Positions 40,326-54,742 are shown, numbered from the stretch's first letter. The stretch: DNA of 64,000 bases from the human T2T-CHM13v2.0 reference genome, Homo sapiens (GCF_009914755.1 NC_060925.1); one strand, 5' to 3'. Notes: a model not told the origin generated them from the sequence alone. Numbers and translations are program-made.

Positions 40326-43300
40326 ATTGGTGAAGCATCTTAACGTATCTCATTTGATAATCTGAATGACTGAACTGTCATACTTTTAATATTTTACCTT
40401 CTCAAATTGAAATTTTAATCCAAAAAGGATTTTGCTGTAATTTAGAGTTGGCTATATAGACTTACTATAAAACTTCCATAACTTCATAACTGATAGATTA
40501 GGCCAGGGATGTCAATCTAAGTCTAAAAGAACCAAATTTAGAAACCTATGGGAACCATGCCTTAATTTGGAATATTGCCCCCATTTAGGGAAGATCCATA
40601 TGGTACACTTGATGATTGAGAAAGGAGTCAAGCTTGCAGGATTAGGGAGCTGATTTATTTACATAGGAAGAAACAGTGTATTGTAAGTAAATTGTTTTAA
40701 TTTAGAAAACTTTGTTGGTCATGTTTATTATGTTTTCGAATTTAATGTTTACATCCTCTTCCCTCCCTCTCCTGTCGAACTCATAAGCAGGGTCAGATGT
40801 CAGCTAGGAGCCACCTAGCTGAGTATGACCACTTCAAATATTTTAGGGAGCATTTCAAATGAACACTCTCTATGTCACTCGAATGAAAGAAAAACCAGCT
40901 TCCTCACTTCTCAAATAAAAACTCTAAGACTTCCTGGAAGATTTTTTTTAGTAAAAAAGCTATTCAAATAATACATTATAATAGACATGGGCTTTGTTCA
41001 TCCAGGAAAAGTACTGGATTTGCTTTTGTTCTATGTTTAACTTGCATTTTTACTTTTACTTGTCATAATAGTAGCTGGTTTCTTTTGTCCTTTTTTTCGT
41101 CCTCTTTTTTTTACAGGGAAGGGATGTTACGGTGGATCTTGAAGAACAAATATAACCCAACCAGGGGAGAAAGAAGGTGAGAACATTCCAGATTCAGGGA
41201 ATAGTCTTAAAAAGTCTGGAAATCAGGAAAAAAAATACTGTGTTCAACAATAGTGATTTATTTAGTTTGGCTGGAATATATAGGGAAAGAGAAAGTATAA
41301 GAGGGAAAGCTAAAAAGGTAGTTTAGAGAAGATTCAGAGAGAAAATATAGTCTACTCCGAAAAGAGTGAATTTTTATCTTTTACAGGATAGGTAACCACT
41401 GACGTTTTAAGCAAAAGAATAAAGTCTTAATTGTTTCTGAATGTCTACTATGGGGCAGGCACTGTGCTGGATACATGTGTTATCTGTTTAATCCACTTTA
41501 AACTTCTTTGAGGTGAGTATTGTTAGGCTCATTTTATTGATCCACAAATGCAGAAACAAGTGGAAAAAAGTATCTAACAACATATAACTAGTGAATGGCA
41601 GATCTAAGATTTGAACCTAGGTTTGTATCTTTCCAAAGACTCCCCATTATGTCATGATTCTTCATGGAAGGGAGATGATTTATTTGTGTTTTAAAAAGGG
41701 TAATTCTAGATTAACTATGAAAGACACTTGCAAAAGAAGACATAATTGAGGAAGGAAACCCAAATATGAGGCTGGTTTTGTAGCCCAGCAAATGAGAATC
41801 TGAGCCTGAAATAGGGCAGTAATCAAGGCAATGGGAAGGACAGGGCGAATAGGCAATACTTGGTGAGCAATTTGCTTCGACGAATAATTAATAGAGAGAA
41901 TTTAGGATACATTTGAGGTGATTCGGCTGGGCTCCCAAAATTACAGCAATGTCCTCTGCTCTAACATACTGTCGATGAGGTCCTTCCATTACAAATGCTC
42001 ATTAAACAATGTGGAAATAGAATGTGGTAGCACTGGAGGAAGATTAAGGCACACACTTTCAAGAGTTTCCACATGCAAAATAAATTATGCAGTATTTTCA
42101 GTAGACAATGGTTTATTCCAATTACCATGTATATGAAACATTCCACATGTTTTCTCTCAAAGCTCACTTTTAACTTGGACAAAAGCAGAGGCTTGCAAGA
42201 CACAATCCAGGCTGAGAACAAAAAACAAGGATCAAGAAACTCAAAAGAATTGCAGCAAGTAATAGCTGTAAGGTCAAAGCACCTTTTACAGACAGGAAAC
42301 AAAACCAAAATCTAGGATTCAGGCCAAGAGATGGGCAAAAAAAAAAAAAAAAAAAAAAAACTGTCAAACACAAACAAAACCATCATGGTGACCCACAGCA
42401 GTAGACAGCGTGGAGGCCTGTGTTGAAATCAACAGTGGGGCAGGAATTCTCCCTCCTCCTGTGGAAAGTGGGTCTATTTGACTGATGGGATGATGGTAGT
42501 GCCCACTTCTTGTCAATAGAGAGAAAAATAGGACTGAAGACTTAAGGTAGCCAGTCACTCTTTCGGCACATTTTTCAGTTCAATCATCTTTGCCTTAACT
42601 CCTCAAAATGAGTGAAGATTTTTTTATCCTTTATTTTTACATAGAGAAAAGGAATCAGAATGATGTAAATTTCAGATATTATCCCATCCCCCTAAACTAT
42701 GTACTGCTATTCTAGTCAAACCTAGAAAGTGAAAAATTCAGTAGGCTTGGTTTAAGTCAGTAAGATCAACACATTCTGCTCTGGTTTCATCTTTTATCCC
42801 CTGCCTTGTAACCCTCAGCATGAATTAGTGATAAAAACAGATTGTACTCGAAGTCTAGTGCTTTTTTCTTAAATCTGTCAGTTAATGAGACAAATGACCC
42901 ACTATGAAGAAGTAATACGTAGAACATGTTCCCATAGGAAGAGCTAAATAAGATACTTCCTATAATGTTTCTTTGGCATAATTTTGACTAGATTGATTAC
43001 AATTTATACTTTCTATGGGGGTAGTAAGAAGTGCTAAAGTAGTCTGGAAAAGAGTCTAATTATTAATTGATAAATTAACATATTTATCAGTAATGACACC
43101 TGCTATGTGCCATAAGCCTCACTAGGTGCTAGACCCACTGAAATGATAAATAATAAAGCAAAAATAAGTTCACTACGCTCTTGGGAAGAAGGAGGCAAAT
43201 GGATTATAGTAAAATAGACTATAAGCATTATAAAAGAGGTATAAAGGAGAGACAAATAAGATTGTCTGATAGATGATCTGCCTAGGGGTTCTCTTCAGAT

Positions 43301-43967
43301 CCCTAGGAAAAAGTCAAATGGGACTGGTGGCTCTTCCTCCCTATAGTGGGAGACACTTTGCATATCAGCACTGTATGCAACCTCCCTGGGCATCAAGTCA
43401 CATCAAGTTTTTCTCCTCTTGCAAGCCCTCTCTCTGCTGTCACCAAATCAGCTGGGTGCTGTCTATTTGCTTCCAAAGATCCTATTTAAAAAAACAAGGG
43501 GAGGTACTGGGGAGCAGTGAGGGCAAGCTACACCTGCCTCCTCATGGGATGCTGTAAAGCTGAAGAACCATGAACATCCTGCCCCTTCTCCTTCTGCTCC
43601 TGTGGAATTCTTGGGGTTTATCTCAGCCTTCCCTTGACAAACAGGAAAAATGTGTTATGAGAGCTCAGAGGAGAGAGTAGTTTGTTCTGTCCTGAAGGAA
43701 GTTTATGGCTTCAGAGAAGTAAGAGGTACACAACACAGTGGATTGAATTCAAAGTATGCCAAATTATTTTGTGAACTTCTTGAACATTGGATGAATTGCA
43801 TTCTCTGTAACTCACAAATAAATATAAACTCTGGTATTATTGGGGCCCAGAAGAGCTGGAATAAGTCAGTCCTACTAATTACTAATATTACTTTGCTCAC
43901 ATCCATATATTTCTACTTTAGCTATAGTTATTGTCCCAAAATTATTCTTTTTGTTTCTTTTAGGAGA

Positions 43968-44455
43968 TGTGGTAGAGACTGTCTATCTGTTCACCAGTCT
44001 TAGGCCCTCTCCCTGGCACCAAGAAGACTACATTTCCCAGCCCTTGTTAAAGAAGATGGCAAATATAGAAACTTCTATGGATGTTTCTATACAGTTAATA
44101 TTTGACTGGATATTTATTTTCCATTAGCCCTTTTACCTTAAATTTGCTACGTTATCTCAAATTGTAACTTGATATTTTACCTTGAATTATTAAAGCCATA
44201 AAACTGAGTTCTACTTGGTGAAATGTGAGCAGAAAGGATAGCCACCAGTTCTAGGCCTCGCAATAAGACATCCTAATTGTTCTCTCTTCTCCACCCTCTT
44301 CCTTCTAGAAGGAGCACTGCTGGAAGCAAAAGAACTTGACATTGCAAAGGCACATGAAGGAATTACCAAGAAGAGCCATGCATCTCACACTGGCATTTTT
44401 ATGAGTGATCATAAAAGCCATTGAGATGTGGGAATTATTTGTTAGAGTCCCTAGG
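43968..44455 (+). mobile_element. MLT1-type LTR (MLT1J-like) with an internal foreign insert
   Basis: tgtggtagagactg...gactacatttcccagccc...actgagttct...aatgtgagcagaa...gccattgagatgtgggaattatttgtta. Confidence 0.65.
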
Positions 44456-46084
44456 AAATTTTATCCTGATGAATACAAAGACACTGATATAAATTTAAAT
44501 TTCTTTCAAAAAGAAATAGTTCCTTATTTCATCTCTAAAGAGATATGGATCCATCCTGGAAAAAAAAAAAAAACAGGGCAATTTCTCCGTCACAATGCAG
44601 TCTTACTTAGTTCCCATATTAGACAGAGGTTATCTCTCTAACCCTGTGATGTTCTTTGAGATAGAGCTGACTGGAAGAGAAGATATAAGCTATAGATGAG
44701 AACAATATGTGAAAAGCTTATTTCAGGCACAGCTTGGGAGACGAAATGCCAAAAACAACAAGAAAAAGGGAGGTGAAGGCCAAGAAGCAGGAAAAGAATA
44801 AGTGATGGAAAATTTTACAATGGATAAAAAAACTTCGTGAAATCAATTTGGCCACGCAACATGTATTTTCCATTCATTTGCTTTGACTCAATTTAGGGCT
44901 ACATCCCATACAGACATAAATGCTTTGAGGTTAAAATGGGCCAATCATCAAGTATTAGTCAGAATTCTAAGAAAATATAATGTACAGCTCTAAAAAGCAT
45001 ACCTGTGGTTACCTGGGATTCAGGCAGGAGGTGTGAATTTAGTACATACCAGAAAAAATAGACGCATGAACTCACAGAGCCAGTTTCCCTAAAGGACCAC
45101 ATAGCTACCTATGAAATAATTCATCCTATGAGGAGAAAGTTTTGTGATGCACAAATTTGACATACAAACAGTTGGACAGAGCTAGCAGAAATACTACTTT
45201 AATTATGGCTGATGCCTGACACTCATATTGTACTTTGATGAAGGTCCAGAGTCTGAGGGAGAGGAGAGAGCAATAAAATGTATGACAAACACTAAGAGGG
45301 CAAACTCCCTGAACATTCTGTGAAGCTTCCAGAACACATAGGAACAGTGTATCATTCAAGAGATGGTAAGACATTCTTCCCACATGGAGTTAGGATTCAA
45401 CACTGATAGAACCAAGCCCACTGAATTGAAAATCAGATCAGTCTACAGCTAGAAAGAAGAATTGGAAGAGGTGTTTGCCTCATTAAATATCACCAACACC
45501 ATTAGCAAACATTTACAGCAGCCTAATTCCTTATGGAAGAAGGGTGGTCTTGGATGGTCTCCCATGGAATAATGTCCTTCTTCCTACCCAGGTTCTCATT
45601 ATTTGAGAAATAAAATTAAAAGATTGAGGTGGAAGCCAAAATATTACTGATACATGTAGGTCAAAGAACACAGCATTGGGAAAGGGTCAAAGGGGCTTGC
45701 TCATTTAATGTAGAATTAGACCAACTCACTATCCAGTGGCAGGTAATGTTAGACTGGGGCAGAGTTCCCATTTGAGGGGCTTCCCATGTGCAGAGGAAGA
45801 AAAGTAAAATCATGCTTCTTCCTAAGAAGAAGAAGGAGGCAGAGAGCCTGGCTGAGTGTGACAGGAAACTGGAATGGGGAATAGAAGAGAAAGATAATGA
45901 GTAATAGTTGTGGCCTCAAGATTAAACACAGTGGTGGTGTTGGTGAAGTACTTCATTCCACTGACCTCTCATAAGATTTCCCCAGAAAAAAAGTTCCTCC
46001 AGAACCCAACAACAGCTGTTTCCAGATGGATTTGAACTCGCTATATAAAGCAATAATATCTAGAAGATACAAAGAGTGGATGGT

Positions 46085-46370
46085 ATTGTATACTGCAGTA
46101 CACAATCTCCCTTTAGAACTGAGGTGCTCTACCTCCAAGCATCTGGGAATTTTGACTGCTAACATCTCACTGATTAGTTGTATTCCAGGAATTGCCTTTG
46201 GCTTGTGGACGCTGCCTTACCAGGTTTACATCTCCTCTTTGATAGCAGCCTGTAGTCAGTGAGTGGTCAGATCACAGTCCAAAGATCTAGCCCCCTTGTC
46301 TCAACTGGGTCAGTTCTGAAGAGCCATTCCAGTTCCAAAGCTTCTGCTAGAATCATTTGAGATCTCTGAT
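46085..46370 (+). mobile_element. LTR16-like fragment
   Basis: atctccctttagaactgagg...cccttgtctcaactgggtcagttctgaagagccattccagttcca. Confidence 0.5.
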
Positions 46371-48093
46371 GAATACATCATATATTTAAGATTTATTATG
46401 CATCTACTTCCAAAACATGAGTTTATCAGGTTATAAACTTAGCATATTATATAATAAAAGAGTTAATTAAATAAGGCAAAATAATCTAAAATGGAGATTT
46501 GTTCATTATTTATAAAAAGTATTTATTCAGGCTATTCTGCAAACAGGGCACTGGGTTAGGTGCTGTGATCAGTCAGCCACATATTCTGCAGTCAATATGA
46601 CTACTGTTTGATCCAGAGATGGCATGTGCACAGCTAAGTATAGCATAAGAAGAGAAAAAGCCCATACGGTATTCACAACTGTAATAGATATCCTTTCTTT
46701 GATTCCAGAACAGCACTATTAGATAGAAAAAGGTGTTACTATTCCTGCTTTATAGACAGTAAATCAAGGTTGAGCAAGGTAAAGCAATTTACCCAACTAG
46801 CAGAAAATGTACTTTTTACCTTAAATCCATTGTTTATTTATTCCATTATGACAAATATTATTTGTTTGGATGATTTATTTGGAGTTGGGCTAAGGAGAAA
46901 TATAACTGATGCTGATTTGAGGTAAGAGTGTTACCAGTTATCCAAATAGATGAGATAATATCTCAGTGAACATCGAAAAGCCTCTAAAGGACATGGGTTT
47001 TATACCAGCTAACCATTTTGAGAATTTGATTCATCTTGCTTGATATCCTTAATTATCTTTTCAAATGTTTTCAAAATATTCAATGTCCCTGGGTTATGCT
47101 GGATACAATTTGCTAAATGTATCTTTCAAGCTTCATAGATTAGAATGATGACTTAGTTATTTGCAGACTCACTCCCTAAGTATTTCCACAATTTTGAAAC
47201 TGCGACTTCAGGGAAGGATGTCTGTTTAGTAGTAATCAACTCTAAAAATAAAGAGCACAGAATTCTCTTTCCAAAACATTGAATTGCAAAATTAGGCTTT
47301 TGACGAAGACCCTGCAGCGGCAGGTGAATCATCAAATGGAGAAGGTTTACTTGACTTCTCAAGAGAATTTTAAAAAGAGTATAAAAACAAAGTGGAAAAA
47401 AGAAAGAAAGAAAGAAAAAGAATGGCCGGAGGATTGTCTATTCTGGAGTTAGGCTAAGGAGAAATATAACTGATGCTGATTTGAGATAAGAGAGAATTAC
47501 CAGAAAGTAGCTGACCAGTGGGACATTATTGACAGCGAGAAGAGATCCACTTCCCCTGGGTATCTGTGGATAGGCTAAGGATCAGTTCTGGGAGAATCAA
47601 TGCAAAGAGGCAAAAGGGATGCTAAAATTACTGATGAGCAAGACAGAGACTGGGCCAGGATCATGGGAAATACCTAAAAGGGGAAAGTGATGAGCCGGGA
47701 AGTGCACGCTGCCACCGAGGAGCCATCTGAGATGTAAAATTGTAGAAACAGAGCACTTGAAGCATCCTTTTAACTTCTGGTCAGAGATTTGTGGCAAAGT
47801 TGTCAAATCCTAAAACTGCCTTATCTCAAAGGTGAGGGGAAACCTCTGGTTCCTGAAGTGACAGTGAGGGAAGGAGAAGGAATAGGAACTGAAACAGGGG
47901 AATCAAAAAAAGAAGACGAAGAACCAAAAAGGATTAAAGAATAAAGTCCAGCAAATGCCCCATCATGAAAAGTCAAAGGCAAGATGGACAAAATCAACCT
48001 GGTGAATGAAACAGCACATATGGACAACTGTTTTCCTTTTCTCTGCTTTTTTTCTATCTCTGTGTGTGCCTAGGCCACCTGGGCTTTATAAAA

Positions 48094-48096
<3 letters not shown>

Positions 48097-48135
<39 letters not shown>

Positions 48136-48142
48136 TGTGTGT
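48097..48142. repeat. (TG)n microsatellite
   Basis: About 23 TG units with one TA interruption. Confidence 0.98.
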
Positions 48143-48740
48143 AACTTCATTTTTAGTCTGACATCTCACTAAACTCAATATACGGCTGGCAGCTGGAAAC
48201 TAGATACGCACTCACCCAGCTTTAAGCTTGCAGACGATGCCAGTGCCCCAGAGGAGGGCAGAGCTGCCCTTCTAGCCTGGGTCCCTGGATGACCTTGGGA
48301 AGTAGAGGATGTCTACCTGTCCTATTACTGGCAGGAGATGTTTCACCATTGCCTTTGGAGTCTCTTTGCTACAACCTTTACTCTAGTTAACATGGTAACA
48401 TATTTATTATTATTGTGTTTTCCCTGCATATTAGAAAACAAAACAACCTGTATCTCAGGGACTAATTGCAGAAAATAGCCACAAGGCAGAACATCATTTA
48501 ATTAGAATACATGGCAGATGGTGATTTAAAATTTTTTCATTAAAACACTCAAGATGAGGCTGAAAATTTTCAGATAATAATAAAGCTGGTTGATTTCTTA
48601 CATGCTATTAACTAAGGAAAACTTAAGAAAGAGATAGACAATAGGACCTATATTGATGACTGAGTTTTAAAAATCTATTACTACTCCAGCAAAAGCAACT
48701 CCAGAAAAGCATATAATTAATAGAATGTTTTAGCCTATGA

Positions 48741-49026
48741 GGCCGGGTGCAGTGGTTCATGCCTGTAATCCCAGCACTTTGGGAGGCCGAGACAGGTGGA
48801 ACAAGGTCAGGAGTTTGAGACCAGCCTGGCCGATATGGTAAAACCCCGTCTTTACTAAAAATACAAAAATTAGCCGGGCATAGTGGCACACACCTATAGT
48901 CCCAGCTACTCGGGAGGCTGAGGCAGGATATGGCTTGAATCTGGGAGGCAGAAGTAGCAGCGAGCCGAAATTGTGCCACTGCACTCCAGCCTGGGCAACA
49001 GAGTGAGACTCCAGCCCAAAAAAAAT
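48741..49026 (+). mobile_element. AluS (Sg-like)
   Basis: TSD aatgttttagcctatg 48724-48739 / 49027-49042. Confidence 0.95.
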
Positions 49027-50698
49027 AATGTTTTAGCCTATGTTTGATAATCAGTTATTCTGGTGTGCATGACTGGTAGCTGTGACCATAGCCGGACAAA
49101 CTTGAACAGCTAACACTAACTGAATTCTACTAAAATAATGTCCATTACAATTTGATAAGTTTAGAACAATATTTGCCAGTATTTTGCAGTGACTTGAGAA
49201 ATAATAATGATAATCCTCCATATTACGCGGAAGGTCTGGTCTCCTTCTCCATATATCCTACTAAAAAGTATTAGATGGCTTACAGGATTCACAAGTGTTC
49301 CAAAAATAAGTTTCAGGTGAGCAAAAGTATTTAATCCCTCAGCCCCCAGGCCTGGTCAGGTTGGGCATGAGGTACCCCAAATCCCAGGGCTGGCCTATCA
49401 CCCTTGACAGTATGCACCACAGTGATATGAACACATTTTATTTTTTTATTTTTTAATATGAACCATGATATGAAAAGGGTAGGAAGATACCAACTTAGAG
49501 TTTTCTAAACATGTCCCCCACATTATTAAGCTTTTTTAAATAACTATTTTCATTTTCATACTTTATATCTCCACATCATCTATCATCCTCAGTGATATAC
49601 AAGTGACCTTATGCCAAATGTTGTCTATTTTTGAAACAAACGAAAATACTAACTGAAAGTTATTCTTTTTCCCCCCTTGAAGTGGCCTCCTCAGCATTAC
49701 TTTGATTTTCCTTCTTTTCTGCATGGGCCATAATGCAACAGAATAGATCATCCTTTTGACAAAAATTTAAAACTAAAAGCCTTTCACCACTCATTTCCCT
49801 TTCAGACAAGCTCACTGGGAACCACATAAAGGGAGATTTTTGCGTGACTCCTCCTATGGTCAGAATTCAGCCCCTTTCTTTTACAGTCTTCTTATGGTTC
49901 AAGAGTTTTTTCTAGGAGCTGTGGTTTCTGTTTCTCTCATTTGGGCATTTGTTTATCCAGTTTCTGAGGTAGGATGATGTTGTATTTCTGCTAGGCTCTT
50001 TTCCAAAGATGAATCTCCTTGGCCTGGGTTACTTTCTTTTCCCATTTATTAAAATGAACTCACGCCTCAGCCTCTAGAACGTAATTATGACAGAAACAGT
50101 TTCTAATTACAGCAGTTCACATTTATTCCAGGACGATGCCTGACTTTAACAACTTTGTTTACTCACATAAAGCAAAAGCTAAATCCTTGCTTTTAGTTGT
50201 ATCATTGAAAAAATGTCACTGGTAAAATGAAGCATCTTCCTTTAATGCTCTGAAGTCTAAATTGAGAACATTTACAAAAGCCTCTGAGGGCTCCTGACCA
50301 TAGGAAGGACATTACTCAGTCAACAAGGACCTATTAAATATCTGTTCTACACCAATAGTGTCTGAGAGGAAATATGAGGCAGGAAAGCATTATAAATGGG
50401 CTTTCTGCCTAACTAAGTGATTTCTCATCCACTCTAGGAGAGGGAAACAAAAAGCCACACTATTGTATTCCACTATCTGGAATCCTAGAATGTCATATCT
50501 AGAAAGGAGATCAGAAGTTGTCTAACCTACTCTTCCCATTTGTAGATTATGAAGCCCCAGTGCAAAGAGATTAAATGGTTTATTCTAGGACACCCTAGTA
50601 ATAAAGTCACAAAGGTAAAATTAAAAATGAGTAGACAGAGCACAGGAGCCTGACTCAGATGCAAAATTTCGTAACCTGTCCCATGCTGTCTCCCTGAC

Positions 50699-51078
50699 TC
50701 TCTTGGTCCATTTATGTAACTGTAACAGAGTAGCTGAGACTGGGTAATTTATAATGAACAGAAATTTATTTCTTACCAGTCTGGAGGCTGGGAAGTCCAA
50801 GATCATGATGTAAGCATCTGATGAGGGCTTTCGTCCTGCATCATCCCATGGCAGAAGGCAGAAAGGCCAAGAGAGGGCAAGGACAAGGGAGACAGAAAAT
50901 AAAGAAGGGTCAAACTCCCCCTTTTATAACAAACCTACTTTTGCAATATCTATATTAATTCATTCACTCAGCTCTTATGGCCTAATTACCTCTCATTAGG
51001 CCCCACTTCCCAAAACAGTTGCTTTGGGGATTAAGTTTCCAACACATGATTTTGGGAAGACACATTCAAATCATAACA
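50699..51078 (-). mobile_element. MLT1A-type solo LTR
   Basis: gactgggtaatttataatgaacagaaatttatttctt...ggggattaagtttccaacacatga...cacattcaaatcataaca. Confidence 0.85.
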
Positions 51079-52520
51079 CTGACTAAAACTAGTACAGAAA
51101 ATTGTAACATGGTAACTATTTCAGTAATACTTTGGAAATACAATGCTCTAGTAATATTTCAGTAATGCAATGCAGCAGACCGTTGCCTGTTTTCATTAAC
51201 TACACTAGAACAGAACAGTTTACTGTGTTCAGAATTACACATCCATAGCAAAGCTATGACCTACAAACGTTCTCAAGGTGAACGTGTCAATAACACTATA
51301 TGAATTTTTGAACAATAACTAACAGAGCCTCACTGTGTATCTAGCTAGTGAGTCTTCTGCATACCAGCATCAGGTAAATTGCTTTATTCCAACTCCTCGT
51401 TAACAGTCACTAATAGCCGATACACTGATATACCACTTAGATATTTCCAATTATCTCATAGTCTATCTGTGTAATTTGATGAGCTATTATCCTCAAAGCT
51501 AGAAAAAAAGTGAAACTCTACTAGACATTTCTGAGAAAATTGCTGCCAGTAATTTGAATGTGTTGCATCGACTAAGTGAATTGAGCAAAATTTATCTTCC
51601 CTTTTACTTTTCCCTCATCTTTATTCTGCTTTTCTATCATTTCTCACCTTTCTCTCTACCTGCCCTTACCCTTAATCAATATCTACTTTGATTCATTAGA
51701 AAAGCATTATTCATTTCCACAGCATTAAATTGTCCACCTTCAGAGCATTTAATCATTACCTGTTTTTCAAAATGACTTGTGTGACCTACACCTAAACACT
51801 GCAGTGAAAAATGGTCTAGATCTTCTTTTGTGCCCCCACTCTCCCCAAACACAGGCTTATCACAGCACTGCTAACATATATTTGTATAATTTATTTAAAT
51901 GATACTGCAATGGACTGTAATATCTTTGAAGGGAAAATGTCATATTCATTTTTGCATCTCAACTCCCTATCATTCCTGGCAAATATGCGTGTTTGCAAAA
52001 TGAATGATAATATCACTCAATTCATCAATAACCTTTAACAACAGTGTTTACTATAATATTTGGGTTGGAAATGTGAAAGGAAGACAAAAACTGAACAGTC
52101 CCTATGGGTAGCTAAAACAGAGGAGAAAGGGAAAAAACATTCTCCTTTGGTTCAGTAGCAGTTTTCCATGGAATAGAAAACATTGCAATCTTTACTCAGG
52201 TATTATATGTTTTTCTGGATGAAAGTCTTATTTTGGGTTGCATTATTTTCATCATTTGCAATAAATGTATGCCCTTTTAATGAGACTTTGTGTTTAATCT
52301 TATTGTTCTCTTACCATAATTATCGTATATCCGATAGAAAGAGTTTTTCCTCAGAGCAGATTAGAATCACAGGGGACAGAAAGAATATGGGTGGAAAAGA
52401 GAAGAAGTTCTGCATAAGAAAGGGTACAAAGTTGCTATAGCAGTTCTTGAAAGAAACTGATAGCTACAAATTGAGAAAAGAAAGAAAGAATAAAGGAGAG
52501 AAAGGGGCCAGAAAACTCAA

Positions 52521-52665
52521 TAGGGGTAGGGAGCAGGAGGGGTAGGGAGGAGGAGGAGGTAGGGAGCAGGAGGGGTAGGGAGGAGTAGGGGTTAGGGAGG
52601 AGGAGGGGTGGGGAGGAGGAGGAGGTAGGGAGGAGGAGGGGTAGGGAGGAGGAGGGAGGAGGTGG
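52521..52665. repeat. G-rich minisatellite-like tract, GGTAGGGAG(C/G)AGGAGG units
   Basis: Seen directly; higher-order period about 33-34 bp. Confidence 0.9.
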
Positions 52666-53719
52666 TGCAGCGATGGGGCATGTGCATGTCTATTGCTTCG
52701 TTTGAGGTTATTTGTCTTGTTATACTGTAAAGCTCTCCATTTCATCCAATTTCCAACACACATACACATAGTTGGGTATATTTCCCTTCATAACATCTAT
52801 TTATTTATCTAAGAAATGTTTTGTGCGGATGGAGACACATTTTTTAATTGTTGCTAATTAAGTGAGGAGGAGACTAAGCTTGTCTATGTCAAGGTTTTAA
52901 CGATTAAGCAAAGCTTCTAACGAAACAGGAAAAAGAAACTTAAGAAGCAGTGGAAACCATGAAATATAAGCTCTCCAGCTCTCCCTCCTCCCAGAATTCA
53001 CAGAACACTAGGTATGGTTTTTTATTTACACAGGCTATGAATTGAAGTTTCAGGGTTATTTTTACCTAGGATGTAAGCGAGAAGAAAGCCTCAAGAGAAA
53101 TGAATTACACATAGTTCCTAAGAACAAATTCTCTAATATGAACTGAAATACAATTATTAAAAGATGGTTCCAGAGAAACATATAGATCGATGCATAGAAA
53201 TTTTACTAAACTGAACTCAGAACTCTCCTTGACTTTAGATATCCAATCTGTGTTTTCCTTACTTTTAAAGACACTTAGAAAATGTATCTAAGAAAAGTTG
53301 AAGATGTTTCTGGTTGTTTACAAGAAACTGTTTCAAGTGATGAATGACAGAGGCTAGACTTCAATCCCATTTGCGACAAGAACATTTGTTCTCTTTCTTC
53401 AGTGAGTGATTGTGAAGTGGCAGAAAGAAGTGGGAATTAAATCTCAACAAAAGTGGCTTTCTCAATTGTGTCTTATGAAGTATAGATTTCCTAGAAGTGG
53501 TTTTCATAATAGAACACAATTTTTGACTTCATGGAAATCAAAGCATCACTTTAAATCTCTCAGAACTCTATGATTCCTGTTGGATATTTCAGACCCTCAA
53601 AATTTAATCTGGAAGTTAAACATAACAATTCATAAAAGAAGTCCTTTATTGTCTGCCAAAAAAAAATTTTAACTGTCAATTTTATTATTTTAGAAACCTT
53701 CTTCATATTATAAGTGGTG

Positions 53720-54170
53720 ATCATGGTGGCTAGTTTTAGGTGTAAGCTTAGCTAGACTATGGCACAGAGTTACCCAGCCAAACAGGAATCTAGGCATTGT
53801 TTTAAAAAGGTACTTTGTAGATGTGGCTAACATCTACAATCAGTTTAAATAAAGGAGATCATCCTCAATAATGTGGGTGAGGCTTACTCATCCAATCAGT
53901 TGAAAGTCCTTAACAGCAAAATTGAGGTTACCCTCAGGAAGAAGAAATTCAGGCTGAAGACTGCAGCATCAGCTTCTGCCTGAGAGTTTACAGTGTGCTT
54001 GCTTGCCCTACAGATTCGGACTTGCAAACCCCCACAATCACAGGAGCTAATTCCTTGAATATATTTATTTCATAAATAAATATATATGTAATCATACATA
54101 TATAATCATATATTTTATATAATGTTTGTGTCCTACTAGTTCTGCTTGTCTGGAGAGCTCTGACTGATAC
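53720..54170 (+). mobile_element. MLT2-type (ERVL) solo LTR
   Basis: tgtagatgtggctaacatctacaatcag...catccaatcagttgaaagtccttaa...ctgactgataca. Confidence 0.85.
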
Positions 54171-54742
54171 AGTGGACAAATGCTATTGACAATAGGCTTG
54201 CATAATACTAACAAGAACAGACGTGAGAGAGATGGTTATCCTAGCAAAATAATGTAATCGTTAAGTTTTTTAGATAACAGACACATAAAAATATATTCTT
54301 GAGCTGAGAAAAATAAAAGCCAATTAAAACACGAAGTCAAGCAATATGAAAAGATGCTAAAGATAATTTGATTACTACCCAGCCTACATCTTAGCATTGT
54401 ATGGAACAATAATCATCTTGGAGAAAAATATGCTACTTCATTTAGTATTAAAATACATGTCTTCCTTCCCCCCCTAAATTATAATCTCCTAGAAGGCAAA
54501 GAACACGTCTTCATTTTAGAATGCCTTACTCACAGTAAGTACACAATAAATGGTTGCTGGATTTAAAAAATGAATAAATTTGTATCCTGAGTATTAGTTA
54601 CTCAACACCTATTGACTAAATGCCTCCTATGTTCCAGCACTGTGCTAAGTTTTGGGAGCACAGTGGTACACACATTAAGTCCTCCCCTCATGGAATTGTG
54701 CTGTGGCTTACCTGACCTGGTGACTGACACAGGTGCCTAGGG

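Noticed and set aside
52464-52769. Proline-rich 101-aa ORF
   Set aside because: Translation of the G-rich repeat
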